The translations under genes were made by a program, and so were the position numbers. A stretch of 63,763 bases of DNA, the filler included, from Folioceros fuciformis (taxonomy: Eukaryota): NCBI GenBank assembly GCA_049999805.1. It is 25 parts of 25 records of this genome, joined end to end, with 100 filler letters (N's around TTAATTAATTAA, not from the genome) between each part and the next. Parts side by side here need not be neighbours in the genome. Positions count along the whole stretch, not along the records: positions 35,694 to 36,882 come from JBNGIO010007035.1; positions 36,983 to 38,452 come from JBNGIO010007036.1; positions 38,553 to 40,990 come from JBNGIO010007037.1; positions 41,091 to 49,476 come from JBNGIO010007038.1; 21 more parts are not named here. One strand, written 5' to 3'. Below the pieces are notes generated by a model. The model did not search any database and was not told where the DNA came from. It was given only the letters and a program-made list of their open reading frames with translations. Shown here piece by piece: positions 36,834 to 49,277 of this stretch; position 1 is the stretch's first letter, and every line of letters starts with the position of its first letter.

Positions 36834-37389
36834 CTATTAACATATCCTTCCACAAAATGGCATGTGGTATTATTTCCTTACANNNNNNNNNNNNNNNNNN
36901 NNNNNNNNNNNNNNNNNNNNNNNNNNTTAATTAATTAANNNNNNNNNNNNNNNNNNNNNNNNNNNNNNNNNNNNNNNNNNNNACTTAAACCCCCTTGCCT
37001 CCTCTCCTTCCACCCTCTTCACGGTCGTGGAGCGCTCTCCTTGCTACCGTTGCCTGGCTTTTCTCTTCCTTGCGCCACGGCTATGCCTAGCCCGAGCTGC
37101 AACCTCACCTCCTGATTCCGGCGGGAAGGAAGGGGATGCTTTTCTGCTACTCCTACCTCTCTTCTCTTTCCTTCCTCTTATTTTTCGACCTCTCTTCTAA
37201 CTAGCTAGCTCCGCATCCGTCTCTTCCTCCTTCTTCTCCCCCTGTCCTGCTCTTGCAGCAGCTACAGCAGCCTAGGCGCCGCCTCCTTTGCTGCAAGGGA
37301 AAGGGAGGGCAGCTCGCGGGAGATAATCCCACCCAGCCTCAGCGCCCCGGAGCGGAGCTGCCTGCCCGCACCCTGCCCTTCTCCGGAAC

Positions 37390-38452
37390 ATGGGCGCCAA
37401 CAAAATTGCGAATGGAGGCGGTCTGGTGCAGCTCGCCTCCGCTACCCTCCTCTCCGACTGCGTCGTGGTCGAGCCCGCTGCTGCAGCCGGGGACGAGCCC
37501 CGCACCACCTACTCTACCGTGTACCGGAAGGGGCAGGGGCTTCGTGGAGGAGGAGGACAAGCGCAACACGCACAAGCACAAGCTAATGGCAAGAGTGGCT
37601 CCGCAACCGAGAGACCTGGCGAAACGGGAGAGAGCAAAGTCAACGGTATCGCTATGGGAACCACTGCTTCTGCTCATGTTTACGACGACCGGGAACGCCT
37701 TGGTGCTACTCTTGGTCTCCAGTTCCACCTGCCTGATCGGGAGCCTCCTCCTGCTCACCAGGGAGCACCAACCACGACGCTAGGAGCAGCAGCCACGACG
37801 GCGGCGGCACCAACCCACCTGGGAGAAGCAGCATCAACGCCAGCAACAGCAGCAGCACCAGTAGAGGCGGCGGCGGCGGCGGCGGTAGCTGCTGCCGCGG
37901 TACAGGTGGTAGAGGAGGACCACGGAATTTCCGAACCCAAGCCTGAGACGGAGCAACAGCAACAGCAGCTGCAACCCAGTGACAGAGATAGGGACATGCG
38001 TCCCCCGGCACTCATTGTTCCAGACAGCGGATCTCATGCAGACACAGATGCAGACGCAGACACAGACACAGACGCAGACACGGAGGAGCACACGGAGCAG
38101 GAGCCGGATCCGGATTTCGCAGCTCAGGAGGATGGACTGGACCAAGCGGCGGAGCAGGGGGCCGACAATTTGTTAGCTTCCAGCCCTTCCCCTGTGTTGC
38201 CGGCGTCGCTCGCCGGTTCCCCAGGAGCGGGGAGGAGGCTGAATCCGCACGCTCCAGAATTCACGCCCTCCTCTTCCCCGCTCCATTCCCCTGTGTTTGG
38301 GCATGGGGTGTTTCCCGTGGGCTGCATGCCCTTCTTGTTCTCGGAATTCGGCAGCTCCACTGGCATTCCTGTCTACACCAATGGACCTGCCATCGTCTTC
38401 GAGCCTAGTCAGGACGTGCCTCTACCTGTAATGAGCACGGCCACCATGCCCG
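37390..38452 (+). CDS. Low-complexity protein with PAM2 (PABP-interacting) motif, 3'-truncated; possibly LARP6/CID-type
   Basis: 354-codon open frame after a CT-rich leader. Ala/Gln/Asp-Thr repeats and RRLNPHAPEFTP (PAM2 consensus LNxxAxEFxP). Confidence 0.7.
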
Positions 38453-38552
38453 NNNNNNNNNNNNNNNNNNNNNNNNNNNNNNNNNNNNNNNNNNNNTTAA
38501 TTAATTAANNNNNNNNNNNNNNNNNNNNNNNNNNNNNNNNNNNNNNNNNNNN

Positions 38553-40990
38553 ATTAACCCCCCTCGGTTAGTTACAGCATATCCGATTCTCATGTAGTTG
38601 TGTGTACACCAAAAATGTTTTTAGGCAGCGGCAGGCCTGGCATGGCCTGCCCCGGCCTGGCCTGCCCCGGCTTGGCCTGTTTCTCTATCTCTCTCTCTTG
38701 GTGTCTTTCCTTCTTTCTTTCTTTCTTTGTTTCTTTGTTTCTCTTTCTTTGTTTCTCTTGTTTGTTTTCTTTTCTTTTCTTTCTTCCTTTCTGTCTTTGT
38801 TTCTTTCTTTCTTTCTTTGTTAGTTTTCCTCTTTGCTTCTCTCTCTCTCTCTACGAATGCGGAGGATGGCAGACGCAGCAGACGGCCTGCTATGACGGTC
38901 GCCTGAAAAAGGGGGTCTACTCCTGCCTGGACTGCCTGCCACCAGCCTGCCGCTGCGCCTGCGCGGCCTGCGCCAATAAGTAACGGAATTCCGCCTGCCG
39001 CTGGCAGCTCGCCGGCTCCGTCCGACTTCTCTTCAAGGCCAGGCCGGGCCGGTCTGGACTGGAGTGGAGTGGAGTGGAGTGGAGTGGAGTGGACTGGACT
39101 GGACTGTCCCATTCCCGGACCCATCCCCAGACCGAGCCCGAGCCCGAACCGGAACCCCGGCTCCGGCTCCGACTCCGGCGCCAAGTGCCAGCAGCGCGGT
39201 GGCCCTCATTCGCCCGCGCCAGAATCTTTCTGCGCCGTCACGTGCTGCGGCGGCTGACATGGTCACACGTGCCCTCGCATGTCCCTCATGTCCATGCACT
39301 ACATCATTATGACCGGTGTAGAGTCCGTCAAATTTAAGCGGGGACTGTGTGAAGCCAGGGTCCAGGCCGGCTCGGCTCGGCTCGGCTCCGCCTCCGCCTC
39401 CGCCTGCGCCTGCGCCTCCAGCCTTCCAGGTTTTACGATGTTTGTGCATCAGCAACAAATATTTACACGCATAATGCGCGATAGTGTGCCGACAGACACG
39501 CAGAGGGCATCCATGAGCGCTGTTCCGACACCGGCCTGGCCTGACCCTGGACTGGACTGAACTTGACTGCCCCCTTGTATTAGCTAGCACTCTCATATTC
39601 ACTCACCACCCACTCAGCCACTGGTCTGGTTTGCTGTGGTCCGGTGGAGGGCACTGCCCTGACTCGTGTTTGGTACATAAGTATCGTATCTAGGGGAGGG
39701 CAGGCCAGGCCAGGCCCGGGCAGCCTGTGATAGCATTCGGCCAGGCTTCTCTTCTCTTCCCTTGTGTTGTGTTTTGTGTTGTGTTTTGCGTCCGACATGA
39801 GATGCCATGACATGACATGAATTTGGACAGCGACGCCTTCGCATCCCCCTCGTCTAGTCTAGTCGCTTCATGTCTGTTGTAGGCTGGCTGGTTGGCTGCC
39901 TGCCTGCCTGCCTGCCCCAGCAGTACACGCATAGCACGACACCACTCCATGTGTACCGTTACGTAGCACCAGCGTCATGTACTCTACACTCAATCGGCTG
40001 TCAGGCGACCGTATGTATGCGTATGCGTATGCGTAGGCAGCAGGAAAACTCACCCCTTTCCCTTTCCCTTTCCCCTTCCCTCGGGCCTGGGCCCGGGCCC
40101 GGGCCCTGGCTCTGGCCCTGGCTCTGGCTCTGGCTCTGGCCCTGGCCCTGGCTCTGGCGGTCCGTGATTAGAGGCGGCGGGTGGGACCCGACGGCAGCAA
40201 AGATTCTCGTTACGCCAGGCTCAGGGCCCCTCATCAGGCGCTCAGGCTCAGGCCCGGGCCCAGGCCCAGGCCCCAGGCCGCGGGGTTCAGACTACTAATG
40301 CATATACTGTCAGAGCAGAGCACAGCAGCAGCAGAGTGAAAGAAAAGAAGCAGCAGCAGACTCCAGGCCGGGGCAAAACCCAGAGCGCGCAGGTCAGGTC
40401 AGGTCAGGTCTGGTCAGATCAGGTCAGATCAGATCAGGTCAGGTCAGGTAAGGCCAGGCCAGGCCAGGCCAGGCCAGGCCAGGCCCGGCCCAGCCCTGGT
40501 TCCAAGCCAGGGTTTGAGTTTTTCAACGACGGCCGTTGTGTGACGACGTGCCATTATTTCTGCCCCCGGAGCATATTTTTTTTCACCTTTCTCGCATTTC
40601 TTTAAAGTGCGCTTGCCCTTTGCCTGTACGGCCAGCCCAGCATATATTCCATCACTCATTTACTAAGCATCAGCCTTGTTTTTCGGGCATTCCTTACCTG
40701 GCCTGGCCTGGCACATTTTTGAAAAAAAAACAACAAAACCCACAACCAAAACAAAACAAGCCAACCCAAACCCAAACCCAAGCCCAACCAAACAAGTCCA
40801 GCGAGCAGCGGGCGCAGGCGCCTAGGCATCTTTCGTGGCCTGCCATTGCCAGGGCACCCAGGCAGCCGGGCAGCCAAGAGGGTGGTGAGTCAGAAGGGCT
40901 GGGCTGCACCTGCCATCATCCATCCGTCCGGGAGACTCCACTCCCCATTTACAATCCCTCAAGTTGCAGCAAACCACCCGACCCCCGCCC
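38553..40990. repeat. Microsatellite mosaic contig (non-coding)
   Basis: TC/TTTC pyrimidine tract at 38680-38853. Runs of GGAGT, GGACT, GGCTC, CAGGT/CAGAT, AGGCC, CTGGCT, GGCCCA and CGTATG. Confidence 0.8.
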
Positions 40991-41758
40991 NNNNNNNNNN
41001 NNNNNNNNNNNNNNNNNNNNNNNNNNNNNNNNNNTTAATTAATTAANNNNNNNNNNNNNNNNNNNNNNNNNNNNNNNNNNNNNNNNNNNNTCATTGTGCA
41101 TATTTTCCCCTCTGACTTAGTAGATAGATTTGTCTCCTGTTTTTCCATGAAGTCTCCTCCTGGCTTTTTATCCAAGCCTCAATGAAGACGTTTCTAATAC
41201 CTAGTTAAAATCCAGAGTACATTACTACATGCTGAGGCATTTGCTACGAGTGAGAAATGGTCAGCTGTAGGGATTGAAGCACTGCAGCCCGAAATACCCA
41301 CCGCCCATAACAATGCAGCCCAAGAATGGGTGCCAATTCTCAACTCTGTGCAAGACCCCTGCAAAGACGATCACGTAAGGTTGAACGCTCACACTTTCGA
41401 GACAACAATCTGAATAATACACTTAAAAAAAAAATCTAGAATTCAGTTTTGAGATAATTCAGGTAACAGCCGTAACCAGTCGGTCCGGCGTTAAAAGGAG
41501 TGCTGCAACAGGTTACGAATACCGTGATCGTCGTTTTGTCCTCCATGAGCGAGGAAGTCTGTAAGTGACCAGGACATGCCACTGTTGCAGCACATGCACC
41601 CGTGCAACCATAACCTTCATGATCTCCAGCCTCAATTGTGAGAAGTATGTACCTGCGACAGTAACAAGAGTCAGTGCCAGGGAACTGCCCAGTGAGCAAG
41701 CCTCGGGCTGCTGTAGTTACAGAACATGCACAAAGCATTGCTTCTCACCATACCTTCA

Positions 41759-41897
41759 AATTTATCTGCTGCAGGCAGGTCTCGAGTTTGGTTCGGCAGT
41801 CCTTCCTTGAAGAAGATCAAACACCTCAAGTTCATCTGCTGCAGGCAGCTCTCGAGATGGGCTTGGCAGTCCGTCCTTGAAGAACATCAAATACCTA
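41759..41897. repeat. ~70-bp imperfect direct duplication downstream of the PPR gene
   Basis: ATCTGCTGCAGGCAG.TCTCGAG...GGCAGTCC.TCCTTGAAGAA.ATCAAA.ACCT occurs twice in tandem. Confidence 0.8.
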
Positions 41898-41964
41898 TGC
41901 GCGAGATACTCAAGTCACTTCAATGCGGGATTCCCCCATCTAGAAATGACTTCGCGCAGGGCTC

Positions 41965-44064
41965 TCAGTGTCGATCCCTACATGAACAAGAACCATCCAG
42001 GAATCGATGCACTCGATGTGCGTCTCTCACAATGACCTCTCTCTTCTCCAGACGTGACATGATCTTGGTGCTACTGTGGCAGTCATTGCACATGCGGAGA
42101 TTCTTAGTAACTAGCAAAGTTGTGCCATCTGGCGTGTTCATCAAACCAAACGCCAAAGCCAGTTTCTCCGCATGACCACACAGAGAGTCTTCCTTCTCTT
42201 GCTCAGACAATGACTTCAATACAAGCTGTACTTGTGGCACATGGCCTCCTTCCTCCTTCAACCTCGTATTCACACTCCTTAGCTTGGGGGAGATATCAGA
42301 TCTCTCTTCTCCCACAGTGAACTCGTGCACCTCATTCTTCACTTCGATGCAAGCCTTGGCAGGTTTTTTCGCAGCTCCTGCAGACTTTCTCAAGTTTTCT
42401 ATCCTGTCCACTTCATCCCACCTGCCTGCACTAGCATATATGTTTCCTAACAGCACATACGAACTTGCATTCCCAGGTTCCAATTGCACTACGTGGTCAA
42501 AGCATCGCTGTCCACGCTGTACATCACCATGGGTTTTGCAAGCACTCAGCAAAGCTTTCCAGCCCACAACATCGTTCTCAAATGAGGTACTTTGCAGCAT
42601 ACTTTCAGCTTCATCCAGACGGCCTGAGCGTCCAAGAAGATCCACCATGCAGCTATAGTGATGATCGGTGGGCACAATGCCATACTCTTCCACCATCAAC
42701 CTGAAGTACCGCTGGCCCTCATGCACCAGACCCGCATGGCTGCACGCCACAAAGAGGCAGATAAAAGTGGTATCATCTGGCAGAATGTTTTGCGCAAGCA
42801 TGTCTTCGAATAGCCGAATCGCCCTGTGACCCTCGCTATGTTCAGCATATCCATTCAGCATTGCCGTCCATGTCAACAAGTTCCTTGTCCGTAATCTATC
42901 AAATAACTTGCGGGCATCTTCTAGACTCCCGCATTTGGAGTACATATCCACCAGGCTGCTCCCGACACACACTTGGGACTCCAGACCTCGTTCACGAATC
43001 TCGGCATGAAGCTGTTTGCCCTGCTGCAGAGCTCCCACGCTCGCACACGCTTTCAAGAGGCACACAAATGTAACGTTATCTGCCGGAATCATGCCTTCCT
43101 GTTGCATACTTGCATACAAAGCGAGGGCATCCTGACCGAGCCCCTGCTCCATATACCCTGCGATCATGGCAGTCCATGTCACCACATCTCTCCTTCCCAG
43201 ACTCGTGAACACCATGCGTGCAGCCTCCAAATCCCCACACTTAGCATACATGGTCACTAGGCTGTTGGCAACGAACACATCCCCCTCCAGATCACTAGCC
43301 AAGACACGAGCATGCACCTCCTTACCAGACGCCAAATCCTGTGCTGCGGCACAAGCCTTCAAGACTGCCACAAATATCCTGTCATCTGGCCTAACTGCGG
43401 AATCCATCATCTGTCGATATAGCTGTATGGCCTGCGTAGCTTGCCCGTGCCGAGCATGCGCCAAAATAATGGTGGCCCACATATGGGGGTTGGGGGCAGT
43501 CACTTTGGCGAAGACCTGCACACAATCTGTCAGCTTGCCATGAGAAGCATACATGCCCATGATGTGGTTGGCCAGGAAGGCGTTAGACTCGTACCCGCTC
43601 TTCACAGCAAGGGCATGCACACGTGCTCCAAGAGTCAGATCATTGTACGTCATGCATCTCCTGAGACAAGTATAGAAGAAGGAGGTGTGGACATCTGGGG
43701 AACGCTGCACCAGACGCTCCAAGGCCTCCACAGCCTCCCTGAGCGGCAGAGTTTCAAACATGGAGACATAATTGGCTATGCCGGGGAGAGAGCCAATTCC
43801 GACGTCCATGGCCATCCGGCCAAAGTAGACATGTCTTTCGGCGAGCCGGTTGTCCCACCGTTGAGGAGGATGTTGGCAGGAGAGGTCCCGTCGCTCTTTC
43901 TCCGATGTCTGTGCAACCACGAGTGAGTTCCCTCCGAAACGCAGCCTGGCTCCTGGACTCCTGTGAACCCGGAATCCTGCCTGCTCTCCATGTACCCCAA
44001 GCCTGCACCGTACCGAGCATCGACAATCACACTGATGTGTCCACCTCGACTGCAGCCGCTCCAT
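41965..44064 (-). CDS. PLS-class PPR protein with E1-E2 and KP-type DYW domain ending in DRH (candidate U-to-C organellar RNA editing factor)
   Basis: Intronless; about 11 PLS motifs. KKPAKACIEV, HAEKLA, KNLRMCNDCH and C-terminus GSCSCRDRH*. Start is either ATG 44064 or ATG 43815. Confidence 0.93.
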   Translation of the reverse strand: MERLQSRWTHQCDCRCSVRCRLGVHGEQAGFRVHRSPGARLRFGGNSLVVAQTSEKERRDLSCQHPPQRWDNRLAERHVYFGRMAMDVGIGSLPGIANYVSMFETLPLREAVEALERLVQRSPDVHTSFFYTCLRRCMTYNDLTLGARVHALAVKSGYESNAFLANHIMGMYASHGKLTDCVQVFAKVTAPNPHMWATIILAHARHGQATQAIQLYRQMMDSAVRPDDRIFVAVLKACAAAQDLASGKEVHARVLASDLEGDVFVANSLVTMYAKCGDLEAARMVFTSLGRRDVVTWTAMIAGYMEQGLGQDALALYASMQQEGMIPADNVTFVCLLKACASVGALQQGKQLHAEIRERGLESQVCVGSSLVDMYSKCGSLEDARKLFDRLRTRNLLTWTAMLNGYAEHSEGHRAIRLFEDMLAQNILPDDTTFICLFVACSHAGLVHEGQRYFRLMVEEYGIVPTDHHYSCMVDLLGRSGRLDEAESMLQSTSFENDVVGWKALLSACKTHGDVQRGQRCFDHVVQLEPGNASSYVLLGNIYASAGRWDEVDRIENLRKSAGAAKKPAKACIEVKNEVHEFTVGEERSDISPKLRSVNTRLKEEGGHVPQVQLVLKSLSEQEKEDSLCGHAEKLALAFGLMNTPDGTTLLVTKNLRMCNDCHSSTKIMSRLEKREVIVRDAHRVHRFLDGSCSCRDRH

Positions 44065-45080
44065 ATTCTCGGACCGTGCCAATGAGCATCTGGCGAGCTA
44101 TAAGATGCAATAAACCCTTGCCAATCTGCGACCCCCTTGAAAATTTTAGTAGGAGCCGGAAGATCCGCAGTTTCGATATCGTATTGAACCCCAACGTCCA
44201 AGGTCTACTCATGATGAACACGGACAGCGAGCACGACAGAGTATGACTCTTATCTACATACTTGCATCTGAGCCAGAACCCCAGGGTTTCCACAAAGAGC
44301 AAGCTGAAAACGGTGCATTCAATGCTAACACAATGTGCTGATCGACTCTTTAGCACCTGTTCTGGCGCATTCTCGGTGTTAACCACAGAGCTGCCAGAAC
44401 GAACTGTCGCTGTGGCTGACATAGATCTCGTTCCTTCACTCTAATTCAATCTCCTCAGATTCCACATCCCACCGACATCTTTCGTTGATCTCATCAGCAA
44501 AAATGCTAGAAGCTACAGCATCAGGCTTTCCACCTTCCTCTTGCAATTGTCTGCAGTGCTTCTCTCCTATGAGCTTTGGTGTGCGTGTTTTCAATACATA
44601 GCTAGTGCACGTACTAATTGGTAGCGCAAGAGAATCTGTTATATACATTTCAAATACCATCGATGGAGTAATGTATTAAACAGTAGCGTGGTGAGCAAAT
44701 GAACCATTAACATGGGCGGCTGAGGTTGTTAAACGGCCCGTTTAGGCTATGGTGGCGCCCCTAACCGACACCTCAATTGCGCACAGCCGGGTAGTTTGAG
44801 GTGGTGGGAAATCATGCACGTTGCCACCGTTGATGCATGCTTGAAGTGGTCTCCTGCCCACATCGTTCCCAGTATGACAGATAACTCCTTCACCAAGAGG
44901 TCAAAAGAGAAGGGCAAGAGCCTGCAAACCATCTCACTTCCTCTCCGTACTCGCAAACCAACTCCTGGGGCTGCAAATCCGACTATTGGTGGATGAAGAC
45001 CACCACAGCAAAGTTAGCTCCACAGACTTAAGCTAGTGGAAAACAGGAAACAGAGATGAATCGTGATAAGTCACCACATG

Positions 45081-45902
45081 CTACACCAGCTGACTTCCCG
45101 AGAGTGTCGATGGAACGTTCATTCCCCAACTGTCCACTGAGGTGGCAGAAACCATACCAATTGCTGGAATTGAGGAATTTGAGACAGATTCTATCTCTAA
45201 AAATGGCATGTCAAAAGAGGTAGTCCGCTTCAAACTCAGCACAAATCCAATGGCAAGCCAACCCGCTAGACTGATAGCCCAGTAAATGCTGACGCCCCGG
45301 ATAAAGTTCCAGGCTATCAAATAACCAACTATAATCCCTGACAAGTGTCCCAAAAAGCTTGCTTGCGGCACGAAAATGGAGGTGAAAACCAGCGATTCGA
45401 AAGGTGCAAAACTGATGGGCAAAGAAAGCAGCCCGAATATGTCAAGTTTCGAAGAAGGCTGCTTGACAGCAAGAATGGTCATCCATCCAAATACCACGCA
45501 AGAGTATCCAACTGCTGTCACCCTCCGATACGAATCCAACTTTGCCCGGTGAATAAGAACATGGTACATGCCCAGCACTAGCAATCCCGAGAGAATTAGC
45601 AGCATAAGTGTGTATTGCATATAATATGCAACCCCTAAGCCATATTCTCCCTTGCTCTCCACCACTCCGAGACTCCACAAAGCACTCATGTTGAAGATGA
45701 GATGCAGGAAACTGATGTGGGAAAACGCATGGGTGAGAAGCCGCCAGTGCTGCCCATCTGTGATGACTGCATCATAGATCAACCCCACATCACCATAGCT
45801 CACGTTCTTCTGCTGAATATAAACCCATACTGAGCTACAGATTCCTATAAGAATGCTGGTCGCTGGCTTCTCTACGATATCGTATATGAGAAGCCGCCCC
45901 AT
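45081..45902 (-). CDS. RBL13: Rhomboid-like protein 13
   Basis: [37 protein letters not shown], catalytic VGYSCVVFG and SFLGHLSGI. Single exon. Confidence 0.92.
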   Translation of the reverse strand: MGRLLIYDIVEKPATSILIGICSSVWVYIQQKNVSYGDVGLIYDAVITDGQHWRLLTHAFSHISFLHLIFNMSALWSLGVVESKGEYGLGVAYYMQYTLMLLILSGLLVLGMYHVLIHRAKLDSYRRVTAVGYSCVVFGWMTILAVKQPSSKLDIFGLLSLPISFAPFESLVFTSIFVPQASFLGHLSGIIVGYLIAWNFIRGVSIYWAISLAGWLAIGFVLSLKRTTSFDMPFLEIESVSNSSIPAIGMVSATSVDSWGMNVPSTLSGSQLV

Positions 45903-46829
45903 AGAACTATGCCGTATGTTCGAGAAAATTTCAGGATGCGCTCGAAGATATCAACGGCAAATTCTAACGACTGCTGAATCTGCTGTCCAAAAGGGGGAAG
46001 AGCAGCAAAATGGGTGCAAGCCACGATCCCCCAACCCGGAGCTGCATCCTTGGATTCGCCATCCCCAAGCCCGTGATGTCTGATGATGACGGCTACCTTC
46101 CATCTGCTCGCGTTCTTGGCACCTACACCTTCCACCAGGTACCTTGAACCCTATACATCTAACCACCTTCACCTCGTGCTTTCTGAGAATGCAATGCCAA
46201 ACCTTCTTGAAGAATGACCACCTAAAGAGCACAAACATGGCTATAATCACAACAAGAATACATGAACAGGTTCTGGAACTCAATGAACTCTAGGCCGCAA
46301 TTTGCATACCGCGCTACCTATACCTGAGAATTTGCAGCATGCTACCTTTCTGTTCTAAACCCACCACAAACCTAAATCGGAGAGGTAGCACCACTAAGGA
46401 AAGAGATTATGCATGCTCAGCGCAAAAGAGACCTACCCTTTTGTTGTTGATTTACCTCCGGTGCAGGAGCACCGTGCTGGGAGCCCAGCCCTCCACTTAC
46501 AGTACCTTACAAGCATGAAGGTCTGCGGTATCCTTGTGTCGCTGCCTCTCTCCCTCCTCCTCCATCACGCGCCATTGGTTCGCAAACCCTACAAAATTTA
46601 CGTCTAGAGCCACGTGCCATAATTTCTGCCTGATGTCCACGAAGAGGCGCGTCGTTTGGCGACCGGATTTATAGCTCCTGTGAGCATAAGAAGGTTGTGG
46701 ACTCATCAGTAGGTGAGGTGCAGCAGTACTTCTTTCCGCCATTCAACGATCACCACCCAGGAGGGTGATCGATATGTCCCGGTAAGCGATGATCCAATAC
46801 TGTGGCGGGCGGTTCGTTTTTTGAGTAGT

Positions 46830-48965
46830 ATGGCTCGATTCCTTGCAGCTGCTGGTGCACGGCCCTCCACAGGCAGCTTCCTTGCCCTGTCCCCGCCTGT
46901 CCGAACTGCGGCCCCACGAACTGCCTGCGTGCTTCGTTCAGAGTGGGTTGGTCACGGCCAAGGCACTCTGCATTTTGCATTGCGTAACACAACGGCGGAC
47001 TGTCGGCGGCCGGGTATATCAAGATTGCCGCATTTGGGGCTGCGGCTGCCCTTCCACCGTGTGCGGCGTGGAGGGGGAGTCAGAAATGCGGGTACAGCTA
47101 CGCAAGCCGGAGGTGGGGCAGGTGTGCTTCGAGACTCCAAGACCAAGGTGCAACCGAGATCTGTAGGCAATGCTAGAAAGGACAAGGATCTCAAAAAGGG
47201 ATCGCAGCCCAAGTACACTAAAGCAGCCCGTCGGTTCTACAATGAGAATTTCAGGGAACCTCAGCGGCTTGGTAAAGCTCTGGCAGCAGCTGGAGGTAAT
47301 CCCTTCATCGCCACCGGTTTCGTTGTTCTTCACGGATGTTCTCCAACGGTAACTTGACCTGAGAACGAAATGCAGTGGCTTCGAGAAGGGCTAGTGAAGA
47401 GCTCATTTTTGAGGGCCGTGTAACGGTGAATGGGAATGTCTGTAAGCTTCCCCAGGTATCTCACTTTCAGCGGACTCTTTCGTGGGGTTGTGAAAGTTCA
47501 TGGTCTGTTGATACATACATCTGTATCTCAGACCATGATACTCAGGCATGGAATGATCAGGTAACATGCCTTCTGACGATACTGGAATCAGACAACAGTG
47601 AATCCTCTGAAAGACGTCATCTACGTTGATGGGAACTCTTTGCCGAAGAAGATGGCACCTAAGATGTACTTTGCACTAAACAAGCCAAAGGGGTACGCGT
47701 ATATGCTTCTCACAGTCAGGAAATCTGCTGGTCACTCGGTTCATCATGCCTTCTCAGATGCAGGATGTGTAGGTGACCATTGGACACACTCTCTCGGCAT
47801 GTACTATTTTGCAGCTACATCTGCTCAAATGACACAGCCGACTCCAAGCCGGTGCTCTCTCTCTTTGAAGAGTATTTTCGGATTTGGGTATGTGACGAGT
47901 TAGATGCTTCTCGCCTGACGCCAGTTAGTGGAAGGGGTGACAAATTGAAGTGATGCATGGGCTTTCTTCTCAGGCTCAAAGAAATCCTGGACTGCCAAAA
48001 CCTCGTCTTTTCACATCGGGCCGTCTTGATGTGGCTACGTCTGGTTTGCTTATTGTGACCAATGATGGTGAGTGTGTTCCTACGTGCAGGAATCATTTCG
48101 TACATCGTGTGAAATGTTATCCTTTTACCTCCATTCAGCTTATGATTTAGAGGTAAAATTCTGCAGGAGAGTTCGCAAACAAGGTTTCTCATCCGTCCTC
48201 TGGGCTCACGAAAGAGTAAGATGATCTCACAGACTTCCATTCTATTTCACAATGTTATGGAAGAACAAGCTCTACTTTCGAGGATTGGCCTGATAAGCGT
48301 GGTGTTGGTCAGGTACATTGTGACTACAAACAGTAAGGTGAGCAAACGGCAGCTTCAAACAATTGCGGAGGGAACTCTGGTCCAGGATGTGATGTGCACT
48401 CCAGTTTCTGTTGCTGTGCTTGAAGGACATTCTGGGCAACGACTTCGCATTGTTGTACGTTTGGCATGTCTTAGTCTCCAATGCCCACATGCCATAACTG
48501 CTGCTCTTCTGTGCCAGTACTAAGTTACAATCTTCTCAACAGGTGTCTGAAGGGCGAAATCACGAAGTCCGTCATCTTGTGGAAAATGCAGGCTTGAAAG
48601 TTAGAGTCCTGGCGAATTTGCATACGGCTTTTCCCTTAAGCCCGCGTTTGAATCCTTAAATGAATAAGTGTTATCACATTTGTATCTGGCAGGTTGAGGC
48701 GTTGAAGCGTGTACGTGTCGGCGGACTTCGTCTTTCCCGAAAACTGGGGTAGGTTTGAGCCAGTTAGAATCGCCAGGACAGGAGGCAGCATCAGATCAGC
48801 AAATTGACGGGTTCGAGCATGCTTTTTTTCTGCCTTGCCTCAATGCTGTGTCATGTTGCTACGTGCAGAGTCGGGAAGTTTGAGGAGCTGACTGAAAGCC
48901 AAGCCAAGAAGGTACTCGACAAGAATGTCCAAGCCCAGGCATCTCAAGTGCCGCCCTTGGTTTAA
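46830..48965 (+). CDS. SVR1: Chloroplast rRNA pseudouridine synthase (RsuA/RluB family, SVR1-like), multi-exon
   Basis: Transit-peptide-like N-terminus. S4 domain PQRLGKALAAAGVASRRASEELIFEGRVTVNG, YFALNKPKGYICS, catalytic GRLDVATSGLLIVTNDG, and EGRNHEVR. TAA at 48963-48965. Confidence 0.9.
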
Positions 48966-49277
48966 CATCATGTGTTGGTGACTTAAGACTCCCTTTTGAG
49001 GGAAAGCGAGAAGACTTGAGCCGCATGGTTCTGAATCCGCAGTGTGTCGTTTTAATTGTAAAATTCAATTTTAGGTCTTTTATAGATCTCCAGATTAAGG
49101 AAATTATTTCCTCTAGTCCTGCTGGGTCGGTCCTATTGTGCGAACTTCTGTGGTTGAAGAAAGTAACATTCGAATCGCTATAGCATGTTTAATATATGGT
49201 CGACCACATTTGCCTCACAATTCATTTGCGTTGTCCTCCGGGACACGGGAGTTCTTTGTTTGCGGAGGTGCACCAGG

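Noticed and set aside
38600-39184. Phe/Leu/Ser-rich and Arg/Lys/Glu-rich ORFs
   Set aside because: These are translations of a TC/TTTC microsatellite tract.
39736-39760. TTCGGCCAGGCTTCTCTTC resembling miR166
   Set aside because: It needs an indel plus mismatches, there is no clear star arm, and it lies in GGCCA-rich simple sequence.
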